Positions 28,867 through 38,358 of a DNA stretch of 64,000 nucleotides are shown here, piece after piece; within the stretch, counting starts at the first letter, position 1, and every line of letters begins with the position of its first letter. The position numbers and the translations under genes were made by a program. The notes under the pieces are model-generated. The model made no database searches and was not told the origin of the DNA. It was given only the letters and a program-made list of their open reading frames with translations. Source of the stretch: a virus; the IMG/VR virus record IMGVR_UViG_3300031949_000010; one strand, 5' to 3'.

Positions 28867-29901
28867 GTGAAGTCGGTGCCTATCGTCCTGCTCGTGGATG
28901 CCAGCTACCCGACCCGGAAGGGCCACGGCTGGTACTACAACCTCGGGCTGGCAAAGGCACAGAATTGGTGGAGATCCCAGGGGGCCGAGGTCCGGCTGAT
29001 CGCGCCGCCCGTCACCCTGTTCGACGCGGCCCACGTCAAGGTGGCGTTCGTCTCCGCGATCTTCTCCTGGGACGTCCTGAAGGCCCTCGAGATCGCGGAG
29101 GGGCTCCGGGGCGTGGGGATCTCCGTCGAGGTCGGCGGCCCCGGCTTCTTCGCCCTGCGGGACCTGGCGCGGTCTAAGGGCTTCGAGCCCCAGGTGACGG
29201 TGGACGCCCGCTTCGACCGCCAGCCGGGCACCTACGATGCGGTCTTCTGGTCCCGGGGCTGCCCGGCCTACAACTGCACCTTGGGCTACCCGAAGGACGG
29301 GACGCGGCCGGTCTGCCTCGTCCCGGAGATGGAGGGCTCGAGGTCAACGCTCTACGAGGACGTGACCCCCGCGCCGATGATCCTCGACAACAACCTCTCG
29401 GCGCTGCCCCGCGCCCACCAGGAGCGCATCGTCGAGCGGACGCTGGCGGCGGGCTTCAAGACGGTGGACTGCAACAGCGGCTTCGAGCCCCACTCCTTCA
29501 AGCCCGAGACGGCCTCGCTCTGGAAGCGGCTTCCGCTGGTCGCGTGGCGGTACGCCTACGACGAGGCCGGGGAGCGCAAGGCCGTCCTGAAGGTGTTGGG
29601 CATCCTGGACGGGCTGGGGATCCCGCGCCGGAAGTCACATATCTACTGCCTAGCCGGGAACGAGCCGGTGGAGGCTTGCGAGGAGCGCGTCCGCGAGATC
29701 CGCTCCTGGAAGGCCGTCCCTGTCGTCCAGCGCCGTCGCCCGCTCGACTGGACGGGCGGGGAGCTTCCGACGCTGCACGACTGGACCGAGCGCAAGCTGA
29801 TCGACTTCCAGCGGTGGGGCAACCGCCTCTCCCATTCGATGCCTTTCGCCAAGTACGACCCGCGCCTGAACCACTCGGGCGTGAAGATGAAGGGAGCGTA
29901 G
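28867..29901 (+). CDS. Phage-type radical-SAM-like protein (344 aa)
   Basis: NLGLAK...GAEV, F.W, VGGPG, SRGCPAYNC...C.VP..EG, LDNNL, VDCNSG.E, RYAYD. Confidence 0.7.
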   Translation: MKSVPIVLLVDASYPTRKGHGWYYNLGLAKAQNWWRSQGAEVRLIAPPVTLFDAAHVKVAFVSAIFSWDVLKALEIAEGLRGVGISVEVGGPGFFALRDLARSKGFEPQVTVDARFDRQPGTYDAVFWSRGCPAYNCTLGYPKDGTRPVCLVPEMEGSRSTLYEDVTPAPMILDNNLSALPRAHQERIVERTLAAGFKTVDCNSGFEPHSFKPETASLWKRLPLVAWRYAYDEAGERKAVLKVLGILDGLGIPRRKSHIYCLAGNEPVEACEERVREIRSWKAVPVVQRRRPLDWTGGELPTLHDWTERKLIDFQRWGNRLSHSMPFAKYDPRLNHSGVKMKGA

Positions 29902-30412
29902 ATGATGAGGACGATGAAACGCTTCTGGGATCGGCTTCTGTGTTGGCTGGACGTCCACGACGAATCCGGCAGATTCGTTCGGACGGAATTCCACCTCTGG
30001 TGGTACTACTACGAATGCACCGATTGTCGGCGGTGCAAGAAGGAACTAAGTCGGCGGCAGGCCCCGCTGTTCTAGGAGGCGTAGACCATGGCGTATGTGA
30101 AAAGGCTATGGTATTGGCTGCGGTATCACGTTTTTAAATGTTCATGCGATCTCTGTGGCAGTGCCGGCCGCGTGTACTTCGATGAAGGAATTACTGACAT
30201 TTGCCCGAAGTGTCTTGGGTGGGTTCGTAAATCCAGCGGTGAGCGCAAGGAGGAGGGGGCGTGACGAAGCCACGGCGCCGCCGGGCCCTCTGTCCTTGCG
30301 GCTGCGGGAAGCCCAAATGCTTCGCCCAGGGCCACGCGCACCGGATCTACCGCCCGGGCGGGTGGAACGCGCACGAGCCGGGCTGGTACCGGGAGCGCAG
30401 GAGGAGGCGCGC

Positions 30413-30598
30413 GTGAAGATCGGCGAGATTAAGGTGACGGCCGGGAAGGACGTGTTCCTGTTCTCCCCGAAGGCGGTCCAGGCGATCGTGGGTGGGAAGT
30501 CGTTCTTCCTGCCCGACAAGCTGGCGGCGCAACTCTTCAAGGCTGTGGTTACTCCAGCCGAGAAGATATGCGACGAACTCAAGGGGTATAAGGGCTAA
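30413..30598 (+). CDS. Small protein, paralog of 33152..33340
   Basis: SD aggaggagg; MKIGEIKVTAGKDVFLFSPKA. Confidence 0.7.
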   Translation: MKIGEIKVTAGKDVFLFSPKAVQAIVGGKSFFLPDKLAAQLFKAVVTPAEKICDELKGYKG

Positions 30599-30601
30599 AT
30601 C

Positions 30602-31183
30602 GTGCATTCAGCGGCGCCCAGCCTGACGTTGTCGAAGCAGAGCGATCACCCAGTTCACGCGGAGATCCTGCTCGATGGCGGGACTCTGGTGGTTTGCGGG
30701 GTGTGGGACAAGAACGGAAACCGCCAGCCGGGCCTCTACCGGATCTACCACCGCTTGAGCGGCCTCTGCATCGGCCCGTACTACGCCGAGCTCGGCCTGG
30801 CCGAAAAGGGGATGAAGAAGGCGCTGACTCTCCACCCCTACACATGGAGCCATCCGATCGAGTGGTATCAGGCTCCCGAGCGCGCGTGGATACGGAAGTG
30901 GATGGACGAGCAACTCGGCACCTCCGAAGACATCGTAGGCGGCTACTGGGCCCCCCCGGATCCCGTCCACGTCTGCCACTGGCCCGGCTGTGGGAAGCCC
31001 GTCCCGCCCAGAATGTGGGGTTGCGGTCCTCATTGGTTCCGCCTCCCGAAGCATCTCCGAAGCCTGATCTGGAAGACGTACGCCCCAGGCCAGGAGATCA
31101 CGAAGAAACCGAGCCGTGCGTATCTTGAGGCCGCACGCCAAGTCCAGGAGTGGATCGAGGGCCAGAAGGCGAGGGCACGATGA
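30602..31183 (+). CDS. Hypothetical protein with C-terminal HxCxxPGC...CxxHW zinc-binding domain
   Basis: HVCHWPGCGKPVPPRMWGCGPHWFRLP...IW..Y.PGQE...PS..YL.AA. Confidence 0.7.
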   Translation: MHSAAPSLTLSKQSDHPVHAEILLDGGTLVVCGVWDKNGNRQPGLYRIYHRLSGLCIGPYYAELGLAEKGMKKALTLHPYTWSHPIEWYQAPERAWIRKWMDEQLGTSEDIVGGYWAPPDPVHVCHWPGCGKPVPPRMWGCGPHWFRLPKHLRSLIWKTYAPGQEITKKPSRAYLEAARQVQEWIEGQKARAR

Positions 31184-31662
31184 AAGAATACAACCCCAAC
31201 GAGGAGGTCAACCCTGAGGAGCTTGCGAAGGAGCACCTGAAACTCTGCAGCGAATTGCTTGAGGAGATGAAGAGGGGCCGCCCGGCGCCTCCGCCGGCAC
31301 CGTGCCCACCACCGATCGAGGAGCTCGCCCGCCTGCGGGCCAGGATGGAGGAACAGCAGGCGGGCGTAGCCTATGAGCTACCCTCCTTCGAGGAGTCGCT
31401 GCGCCTGCTCGCGAGGAAGTGGGACATCATCGAAAAGACGTTCAGGGGCGCGCCGTTTGATCTTCAGGTTCGCGTTTTCCAGATGCTCGCCCACTCAGAC
31501 CTCGAGGAGCTCCGCGCGCCGATCGTCGCCCGCGCCAAGACGGACCTCCTCGGAGCTTCCTGCCGGCCCATGGCACCCGCCGGAGGGGCAATTCCAGGCC
31601 CGGAACCGGGGTCTGGAGAGGGGAAAGGGCCTCCGGACGCCCCAGAGGGGAAAAGCGCCTGA
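31180..31662 (+). CDS. Hypothetical helical protein (160 aa)
   Basis: ATGA overlap; plausible composition. Confidence 0.6.
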   Translation: MKEYNPNEEVNPEELAKEHLKLCSELLEEMKRGRPAPPPAPCPPPIEELARLRARMEEQQAGVAYELPSFEESLRLLARKWDIIEKTFRGAPFDLQVRVFQMLAHSDLEELRAPIVARAKTDLLGASCRPMAPAGGAIPGPEPGSGEGKGPPDAPEGKSA

Positions 31663-31681
31663 TCTTATAGGTAGAAGATCG
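31660..31681. promoter_or_regulatory. Palindromic operator copy 3 (TGATCTT-N8-AAGATCG)
   Basis: One arm mismatch; AT-rich gap before a wHTH gene. Confidence 0.75.
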
Positions 31682-31703
31682 AATTCGCTTGCTTTTTGCC
31701 GTA

Positions 31704-31721
31704 TTTCTATCAAGATAGAAA
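31704..31721. promoter_or_regulatory. Second palindrome TTTCTATC-AA-GATAGAAA
   Basis: Perfect 8-bp arms, 11 nt upstream of ATG 31733. Confidence 0.55.
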
Positions 31722-31732
31722 CGTGGAAAACG

Positions 31733-32065
31733 ATGGTCCGGCATAGGCTCTCGCCCCGGGATAGGGGCAAGCGGAGGGGCGACCGCCGCCTGCTATGCCT
31801 CCTGGCTCTCCGGGATGCGCAGGCCCGCTACAGGAAGAACGACTCGCTGGCACCCGGTCTCACCGCCTACGAGTTGGCCGAGGAGTGGGGCGTCCATCCG
31901 ACGAGCGCCCTTCGTGTGCTCCTGCGCCTCATCAACAGCGGAGCGGTGGAGCGCGCCGTCAAGGGCTTAGGGGCGGTTTGCTGGATCACGGATGCTGGCC
32001 ACGGCAAGATCGAATGGCTCTCGGTGAAGGCTCAGGTAGACGCGAGAAACAAGAAGAACCAATGA
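31733..32065 (+). CDS. Winged-helix DNA-binding protein (110 aa)
   Basis: LTAYELAEEWGVHPTSALRVLLRLINSGAVER...VCWITDAG. Confidence 0.75.
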   Translation: MVRHRLSPRDRGKRRGDRRLLCLLALRDAQARYRKNDSLAPGLTAYELAEEWGVHPTSALRVLLRLINSGAVERAVKGLGAVCWITDAGHGKIEWLSVKAQVDARNKKNQ

Positions 32066-32292
32066 GTATTGAAATCATGATCGTCTGCGATGGCTGCGGT
32101 CTCAAGGCCCCATCGCCGCTGAAGCCCGCGCCCCCGTCGAGTCCGGTCCCCGGGGCCCTCGAGCTCTGCCCGAAGCCCTTCGTCGCCGCTACGATCAGGA
32201 AGACCCCGTTCTTCCTCCACGCGTGCAGCCCTTCCTGTCAAGCGATCGTCGAGATGAAGAAGTCCGTCCGGATGAGAAATACGCCAAGATGA
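32062..32292 (+). CDS. Small CxxC...CxxxC zinc-finger-like protein
   Basis: IVCDGCG...HACSPSC. Confidence 0.55.
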   Translation: MSIEIMIVCDGCGLKAPSPLKPAPPSSPVPGALELCPKPFVAATIRKTPFFLHACSPSCQAIVEMKKSVRMRNTPR

Positions 32293-32702
32293 GCGAGCCC
32301 ATCGCCAAGGCCATGCTCGTCTGTAACTACGCGACTCAGGACGCGAAGGGCAGATACAGCTTGATCGAGATCTTCGATTCGATCCATCCCCCAGGGTTCC
32401 CTCACTATACCGGGTTCATCCTCTACACGCTGATCGCGGACCCCCCCGCCAAGGGAACCATGGTCGTCCAGGTCGAGGACGACAATGGGATAGCCCTGTG
32501 GACGAGCGGGCACATATCGTTCGTCGTCGCAGATCCATCGGTCTCATGGATGGCCACCTGCCAGCGAGTGGGGCCCGTCTCCTTCGTGTCCTACGGAAAG
32601 TGCAGGGTGGCCGTCTATGTGGGCCCGTACCGGGCAGGAGATCTGGAGCTCAGGATCTCGCCTCCGGCAATACCGGATACCGCCAGGAAGGAGAGCCTGT
32701 GA
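32289..32702 (+). CDS. DUF6941-like beta-sandwich protein
   Basis: AMLVC.YA.QD..G.YSLI.IFD.I...FP pattern. Confidence 0.6.
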   Translation: MSEPIAKAMLVCNYATQDAKGRYSLIEIFDSIHPPGFPHYTGFILYTLIADPPAKGTMVVQVEDDNGIALWTSGHISFVVADPSVSWMATCQRVGPVSFVSYGKCRVAVYVGPYRAGDLELRISPPAIPDTARKESL

Positions 32703-32941
32703 AGGTCATCGAAAGCTCGTGGGTGGACTATCGCGCCAAAGTGATCCCTCGGGCTGCGCCCGAAACCCAGGTAACCGAGATGAAAAGGGCGTTCTACGCT
32801 GGCGCGGCCTGCCTGCTCGACGCCCAATGCAAGATCCTCGGGCCTGGACGGGAGCCGACCGATTCCGACTTGCTCATCATGGACGGGATCCAGGCGGAGC
32901 TCGAGCAGCATGCCCGCGACGTCCTGGCCGGGAAGGCCTGA
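32699..32941 (+). CDS. Phage hypothetical protein (Q..EMKRAFYAGA motif)
   Basis: Signature motif recalled from phage proteins. Confidence 0.7.
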   Translation: MKVIESSWVDYRAKVIPRAAPETQVTEMKRAFYAGAACLLDAQCKILGPGREPTDSDLLIMDGIQAELEQHARDVLAGKA

Positions 32942-33121
32942 GCAATGGAGCCGGTCAAAAGCGTCCAGGAGGCCGAGCGCGCCGTTCTCGCCGTTGCCGA
33001 TGAGTGGTATGATCTGGCGCACGCTCAGTACGTGAACGTGGACGACTGGAGGAAGATCGCCGTCAAGATGGACAAAGCCGTTCAAACGCTCCGGAAGGCC
33101 AGGGCGAGGGCCATGGGCGTT

Positions 33122-33143
33122 TGATCTTAGTGCAAATAGATCG
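33122..33143. promoter_or_regulatory. Degenerate operator copy (TGATCTT-N8-TAGATCG)
   Basis: Same N8 geometry; lies between ORF 32945..33124 and 33152..33340. Confidence 0.45.
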
Positions 33144-33151
33144 GATTCCAA

Positions 33152-33340
33152 GTGAAAATCGCCGAGATCAAGGTGACCGCAGGAAAGGACATGATCGTCT
33201 TCTCTCCGAAGGCCATCATGTTCGTCTTCTCGGGGAAGGCCGGAAGCCTCGACCAGAGGATGGCCCAAGCTCTCTGGAAGGCGATCCCACTGCCGGCCGA
33301 GAAGCTCTGTGCGGAGATTGAAAGGCAGTCGAAGAAGTGA
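33152..33340 (+). CDS. Small protein, paralog of 30413..30598
   Basis: MKIAEIKVTAGKDMIVFSPKA. Confidence 0.7.
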   Translation: MKIAEIKVTAGKDMIVFSPKAIMFVFSGKAGSLDQRMAQALWKAIPLPAEKLCAEIERQSKK

Positions 33341-33394
33341 GCCCTGCATGGACACTCTGGTCGGCATGAAGTAGAATCCCTGCAGGGAGGCCGC

Positions 33395-33929
33395 ATGCCG
33401 GAAAGTTCGGTCTTGGTCGACCGCGCGCAACTCCTGGGTCTCGTCCGGAGGGCCGAGGAGCACCTGGGGCAACTCGACCTCGTCGGCTCCTCGGCCGCGC
33501 AGCTCGCCGACCGCGTCCTCCGGGAGCTCACCCCGAAGCTCAAGGCCCTGCTCGCCGAGGGCGCGACGGTTCTCGAACCCATGATCCGGACGTCGCTCAA
33601 GGAGGAGATCGCCCCGAAGCTGGCGCTCGCCGCAGGCACCGCCCTGTTCTTCGCGGGCGTCATCTCTGGGCTGGTCGGGGCCGGCTTCGCGTCGAGAAGG
33701 TGCTCCTGACGTGTGGCACGCCCTCCTCTCATGGGACCCCGGGGCCGTCGGGCTCGTGATCGCCTATCTGGGCATCGGCCAGTTCTACGCCTCGCAGATC
33801 CTCTCCCGTCCGGTAAACATGAGGCATTCGCCGGTCTACTGGCCCGTAGTGGTGCTGTCGGTGGCCACCCTCATGGTCGCATGGCCGGTCCACCTCGCCC
33901 TCCGTGCGTCGCTCCGGGGGCGCCGGTGA
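33395..33929 (+). CDS. Two small membrane proteins (33395-33709, 33711-33929)
   Basis: Hydrophobic segments LALAAGTALFFAGVISGLVGAG; AVGLVIAYLGIG and YWPVVVLSVATLMVAW. Confidence 0.6.
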
Positions 33930-34273
33930 AGGACAAGGGGCCCCGTTGCCCCTCGTGCGGGTGCGCCTGTCCGACCTGCTTGGCCGGCGCCAGGCGCCTT
34001 CCCCCCTGGCTCCGGAAAAAGGCCAAACTCAGAACCCGAGATGTCCTCGTGCGGGTGACGCGAGGCGGCCGTCGGCGCGGGCGCGCCACGTCGAAGGACA
34101 TCGCTCGGATCTTCAAGGTGGCCCTCTTCGAGGCCAGCCGGCGGCTCCACATGCTCCAGAAGTCCGGGATGCTCCGGAGGACGGGGAGCGGCCTGAGCGG
34201 CCAACCGTTCGTCTATATGGCTACCGACTACGGCCTGTCAAGCGCCGCATCCTTCTCCAAGACCCGCGAATGA
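33926..34273 (+). CDS. Winged-helix protein with N-terminal CPxCxCxCPxC knuckle
   Basis: ATSKDIARIFKVALFEASRRLHMLQKSGMLRR...VYMAT; directly upstream of the glycosylation operon. Confidence 0.7.
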   Translation: MKDKGPRCPSCGCACPTCLAGARRLPPWLRKKAKLRTRDVLVRVTRGGRRRGRATSKDIARIFKVALFEASRRLHMLQKSGMLRRTGSGLSGQPFVYMATDYGLSSAASFSKTRE

Positions 34274-35121
34274 CCGTGGATCCAATTTTCGTTCGAACGA
34301 CCGCCGACTACGCGAGCTACGGATGCTTCTGGAGACTCGTCGAGTTGTCCGGGTTCAAGACCGTTCCCTGCCACCTCGCGGACCCGGAAAGCCGCGCCCT
34401 CTATGTCATCTCCCCATTCACCGCAGAGCATCTGGGCGTGTTCGGGCCCAGGCGTATCTCTAGGAAGTGCATTTTGGCTTGGCTCAACCTAGAGAGGCCC
34501 GACAGCGGACACTGGCCCCCCGAGGGACTTAATGCCTCGAATGACGAGGGTGCCGGCATGGGCTGCGCAGATGTAATGTGGACCTACGACCGGACGCTCG
34601 CGCGCGCGCGTCCCTGGGCCATCTTCACGGCTTTCGGGAGCGACCAGCGGCTGCATGACGGAATCCAGGCGCGGAAGGAGTACGACTTCGCGCACATCAG
34701 CTATAGCGTCGGCCGCAGGGAGGAGGTCTACGCCGAGCTCCGGAAACGCGGGCTCCGGGAGGCCCCGAACGAGCCGGGTCCACACCGTCCATACGTCCTC
34801 GCCAGGACACGGCTCATCCTTCAGGTGCATCAGACGCCCCTCATGGTGGGGAGCCCGCAACGGGCGGCCGTGGCGGCCGCGCATGGGCTTCCATTCATCA
34901 CGGAGACCATCTCGGATCCATGGCCTCTCGTCGCGGGGGAGGACCACCTCCAGTCGCCCCGCGAGGCGCTTCCTGGGCTGGTGGAGCAGACCCTCCTGGA
35001 CTCTCGGAAGATGGCGGCGCTCGGTGATCGGCTGAGGTCGAGGCTGTGCGAGGAGCACTCCTTTGGACAGTGCATGCGCCAGGCCTCGGCCGACACCCTT
35101 GCCAGGATGGGCCTGCCATGA
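34270..35121 (+). CDS. Glycosyltransferase-like protein, paralog of 38355..39200
   Basis: Y.SY..FWRLVELSGF shared; H.SY..GRRE, L.VHQTP, R.A.AAAH.LP. Confidence 0.65.
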   Translation: MTVDPIFVRTTADYASYGCFWRLVELSGFKTVPCHLADPESRALYVISPFTAEHLGVFGPRRISRKCILAWLNLERPDSGHWPPEGLNASNDEGAGMGCADVMWTYDRTLARARPWAIFTAFGSDQRLHDGIQARKEYDFAHISYSVGRREEVYAELRKRGLREAPNEPGPHRPYVLARTRLILQVHQTPLMVGSPQRAAVAAAHGLPFITETISDPWPLVAGEDHLQSPREALPGLVEQTLLDSRKMAALGDRLRSRLCEEHSFGQCMRQASADTLARMGLP

Positions 35122-36131
35122 TACGCCGGGTTGTAGCCGTTACGCTCAATTACGACCACCCGCAGCGCGGGATGCTGGCCGCACTCCATGCCCTCTTCGG
35201 AACGGGCCATGTGTACCATTACGACTATCTGCAGCGCGTTCGCGATGGCGTCGATGCGATCAATGTCAACGCCGAGATCATCCAGGCCGTACGTGATTTT
35301 CGACCGGACTGGATATGGTTCCAACTCCAGAACACGGGCATCGTACTCGCGGAGACGTTACGGGAGGCGAGGGCTACGATCCCAACGTGCGTCATCTCCC
35401 ATTGGACGGGCGACATCAGGCCCACGGTGGACCCGTACTTGGCGTCGATCTGCGCGGCCTCCCATCTGACGTTCGCCGCAAGCGTGGGCCAACTCGACCT
35501 CTTCCGGGACGCCGGCGCGCCCGAGGCGGTCTATCTGCCGCACGGCCTAGACTGGGAGGAGGATGTCCTGGGAGAGCCCCCTTGGACGCCCCCATTCCGC
35601 GTCCCGGACGTGGTTTTCTGCGGGAATCACTACGGCGGATCGCTTCCCGGTACCGCCGAGCGGGAGGGCGCCATCCGGGCCCTGGCCGTGGCGGGCGTCG
35701 ATGTGGGGGTTGTCGGGAACGGATGGGACTACACCGGGCTTCCAGTGGCCGGCCGATGCGCCGTGAAGCAGCAGCACCACGTCTGGAGGAGATCCAAGGT
35801 CGCGCTCTCGGTCAATCACTTCCCCGGGCTCCCTGGATACCATGGGGACCGACAGATCGTTGCCATGGCGAGCGGCACGCCCGTCGTGGCCCGGCATTTC
35901 CCCCTCATGGAAAAGGAGTTTAACGTTGGCGCTTCGGTACTATCATACCGGGACGAATCGGAGCTCGTCGCCCTAGTCGAGCACCTCCTCGGCGATCCAG
36001 AGCTCCGCGCCATGATCGGCGCGGCCGGAAGGGCGGAGGTGGTCCAAAGGCACTCATGGTTCTCAAGGATGGTGGAGGCGTTCTCACGCGCGGACATCGT
36101 GTCAAGCAGGCTTCGATCGGAGGTAGCATGA
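35118..36131 (+). CDS. CgeB/DUF3880-like GT-B glycosyltransferase, paralog of 37354..38358
   Basis: PDVVFCGN.YG, SKVALSVNHF....Y..DR....MASG, F..G..V..Y....EL. Confidence 0.85.
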   Translation: MIRRVVAVTLNYDHPQRGMLAALHALFGTGHVYHYDYLQRVRDGVDAINVNAEIIQAVRDFRPDWIWFQLQNTGIVLAETLREARATIPTCVISHWTGDIRPTVDPYLASICAASHLTFAASVGQLDLFRDAGAPEAVYLPHGLDWEEDVLGEPPWTPPFRVPDVVFCGNHYGGSLPGTAEREGAIRALAVAGVDVGVVGNGWDYTGLPVAGRCAVKQQHHVWRRSKVALSVNHFPGLPGYHGDRQIVAMASGTPVVARHFPLMEKEFNVGASVLSYRDESELVALVEHLLGDPELRAMIGAAGRAEVVQRHSWFSRMVEAFSRADIVSSRLRSEVA

Positions 36132-37357
36132 TCAGCAAGAAACGGGGCGACAAGCCATCCACGTTCTCCTCCTGGAAGAAGCCGCCGCCCAAGCCATCGA
36201 AATTCAGCGCTCACTCAAGGCCCGACACGCCTCAGCCCACCGAGCAGAGGCTCTTCAGCAAGGCGGCTACGGCTATCCAGACGCAGGACTCGACGTCAGC
36301 CAGGGCGCATTCGGCGAGCCCTCAGGCGAGACGTGCGGACGCGGATCAGCCTCGGCGCGCACTACCGGCCAGGCCACCGCTCACGACGACCGTCCTTTCT
36401 CCCGGGCACCGGATCCAGGTGTCCGCAGTCCTGTCGATCCACAACCGTTCGCGGCTTTTCCAGCGGGCCCTCGACGGATACCTCTGGCAGACGATCCCTC
36501 GGGACCGATGGGAGATCGTCCTTGTGGACGACATGAGCAGCGTCGATCTTGCGCAGGCCTACTCCCACCTCATCGGCCGGCTCAACTTGCGGCACGTCAA
36601 GATCGACCACACACGACACCCGATCTACTCGGAGATGAGCGCGCTGGGGCCGGGGCCGGATGGACGCATGCGCTGGTACCACACACCAGCGATCTCCCTG
36701 AACATCGGCTTCGCGCTCGCGGCCGGGCAGGTCCTCTGCGTCTGCCATCCAGAGATCCTGCACGCGCCCACAAACTTTGAAAGGGCGGTGGCGACCCTAA
36801 GAAGATCGAACGAGTACCTCTTCGGGACCACCTACCTGGGCACGCAGGCGACGAACCGCATGCTGGAGGTCTCGCCCGATTGGACATCGCTCGGATGGCC
36901 GGGCTTTCTTGACGCGTCCGGCGCGGTGTCGCTTCAGTCCTACGGATACGAGTGCTACTGGTATACGAGCTTCCTGCCGCGCGCGGCCGCCGTGGCCGTC
37001 GGAGGCGTCGACCTGGCCTACATGAAGGGCGTGGCCGGGGAGGACGACGACTTCCGTGAGCGCGTGAAGAGGGCTGGATGGGACGCGATCCACATGCCAG
37101 AAATCGAGGGGTTCCATCAGGATCACAGCGACGAGGTCGAGCCCCACCGCAGGAGGGACACCGAGGCGTGGGACGATGGCCTCCGGAGGAACCGCGCCAT
37201 CTACCAGGCGAGGAAACTCTCGGGCAATTGGCCCTTCCCAGCCAACGGCGGCACGGACTGGTCGTGCCTCGACTGCGTCGTGGAGGAGGTCCGCTGGACG
37301 GTGGGCTCGCGCGTTCCAGAGCGCATCCCCGGAAAGGCGGCGGCGATCCGGGCATGA
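36128..37357 (+). CDS. GT2 glycosyltransferase with basic low-complexity N-terminal extension
   Basis: VSAVLSIHNR, WEIVLVDDMS, LNIG...A.G..L....PEI, GVAGEDDDF. Confidence 0.85.
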   Translation: MISKKRGDKPSTFSSWKKPPPKPSKFSAHSRPDTPQPTEQRLFSKAATAIQTQDSTSARAHSASPQARRADADQPRRALPARPPLTTTVLSPGHRIQVSAVLSIHNRSRLFQRALDGYLWQTIPRDRWEIVLVDDMSSVDLAQAYSHLIGRLNLRHVKIDHTRHPIYSEMSALGPGPDGRMRWYHTPAISLNIGFALAAGQVLCVCHPEILHAPTNFERAVATLRRSNEYLFGTTYLGTQATNRMLEVSPDWTSLGWPGFLDASGAVSLQSYGYECYWYTSFLPRAAAVAVGGVDLAYMKGVAGEDDDFRERVKRAGWDAIHMPEIEGFHQDHSDEVEPHRRRDTEAWDDGLRRNRAIYQARKLSGNWPFPANGGTDWSCLDCVVEEVRWTVGSRVPERIPGKAAAIRA

Positions 37358-38358
37358 TCCGGATCCGGCGCGTCCTAGCGTCCTGCATTAACGCCGACCA
37401 TCCGCAGCGCGGTATGATCGGGGCTTTCCAGGCCGTCCTCGGGCCAGAGCAGACGTTCGAGTACGACTACCTATCCAGGATGCGGCAGGGCCTCAGCAAG
37501 TCCGAGGTGAACCGGGAGCTCGTCCAAGCCGCCATCGAGGCGCGCCCGGACTGGCTCTGGCTACAACTCCAGGACCTGGGCGTCATCGAGTCGCGCACCC
37601 TCCGGGAAATCCGGGGCGCGCTCCCGAAGTGCGTCATCACCCATTGGATGGGGGACTGCAGGACGACCATCGCGGCCACTCTGGCCGCGATATGTCGCGA
37701 GGCGCATATGACTCTCGTTTCGAACATGGGCCAACTCCCGATGTTCCTGGCTGCGGGGTCCAGGGAGGCGCGATACCTGCAGATCGGCCTCGACTGGGAG
37801 GAAGATGTCCTGGGCGAACCCCCGTGGACGCCGCCATTCCGTGTCCCGGACGTCGTCTTCTGCGGCGGCTACTACGGGGAGTCCTTCCCGGGCACGAAGG
37901 ACCGGCTCGAGGCCTGCCGTGCGCTGGCTGGGGCAAGCCTGGATTTCGGTGTCGTCTCCCCTACCGGCTGGCCGGCCGGCGTCCCCGTCGTCGGCGCCTG
38001 CCACGTCAAGCAGCAACACCACGTCTGGAAGCGGGCACGAGTCTGCATCAACTCGAACCACTTCAACGACATAGAGTTATACTATTCCGACCGGCAGATC
38101 ATCTCCATGGCGAGCGGCAAGCCGCTGGTTTGCCAGTATGTCCCTGGGCTTGAGCGCGAGTTCTCGAACGGGGAGCATCTCCTCTGGTACAAGTCCACTG
38201 AAGAGCTCGTCCAGAACGTCCGGGGCTTGCTGGCTGACGTGACGGCCGCAGAGAGGGTCGGTCGTGCCGGACGTGATCTCGTGTGCGCGGCGCACACGTG
38301 GGAGCACCGCATCCGGCAGATCCTGCCAGACGTGGAAAGGGTGGCTTCAGGGCTTTGA
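37354..38358 (+). CDS. CgeB/DUF3880-like GT-B glycosyltransferase
   Basis: Shares LDWEEDVLGEPPWTPPFRVPDVVFCG with 35118..36131; YYSDR, HTWEHR. Confidence 0.85.
   Translation: MIRIRRVLASCINADHPQRGMIGAFQAVLGPEQTFEYDYLSRMRQGLSKSEVNRELVQAAIEARPDWLWLQLQDLGVIESRTLREIRGALPKCVITHWMGDCRTTIAATLAAICREAHMTLVSNMGQLPMFLAAGSREARYLQIGLDWEEDVLGEPPWTPPFRVPDVVFCGGYYGESFPGTKDRLEACRALAGASLDFGVVSPTGWPAGVPVVGACHVKQQHHVWKRARVCINSNHFNDIELYYSDRQIISMASGKPLVCQYVPGLEREFSNGEHLLWYKSTEELVQNVRGLLADVTAAERVGRAGRDLVCAAHTWEHRIRQILPDVERVASGL

Noticed and set aside
33122-33143. Fifth palindrome as a promoter-linked activator site
   Set aside because: It has two arm mismatches and no -10 box ~30 bp away on either side; kept only as a degenerate copy.
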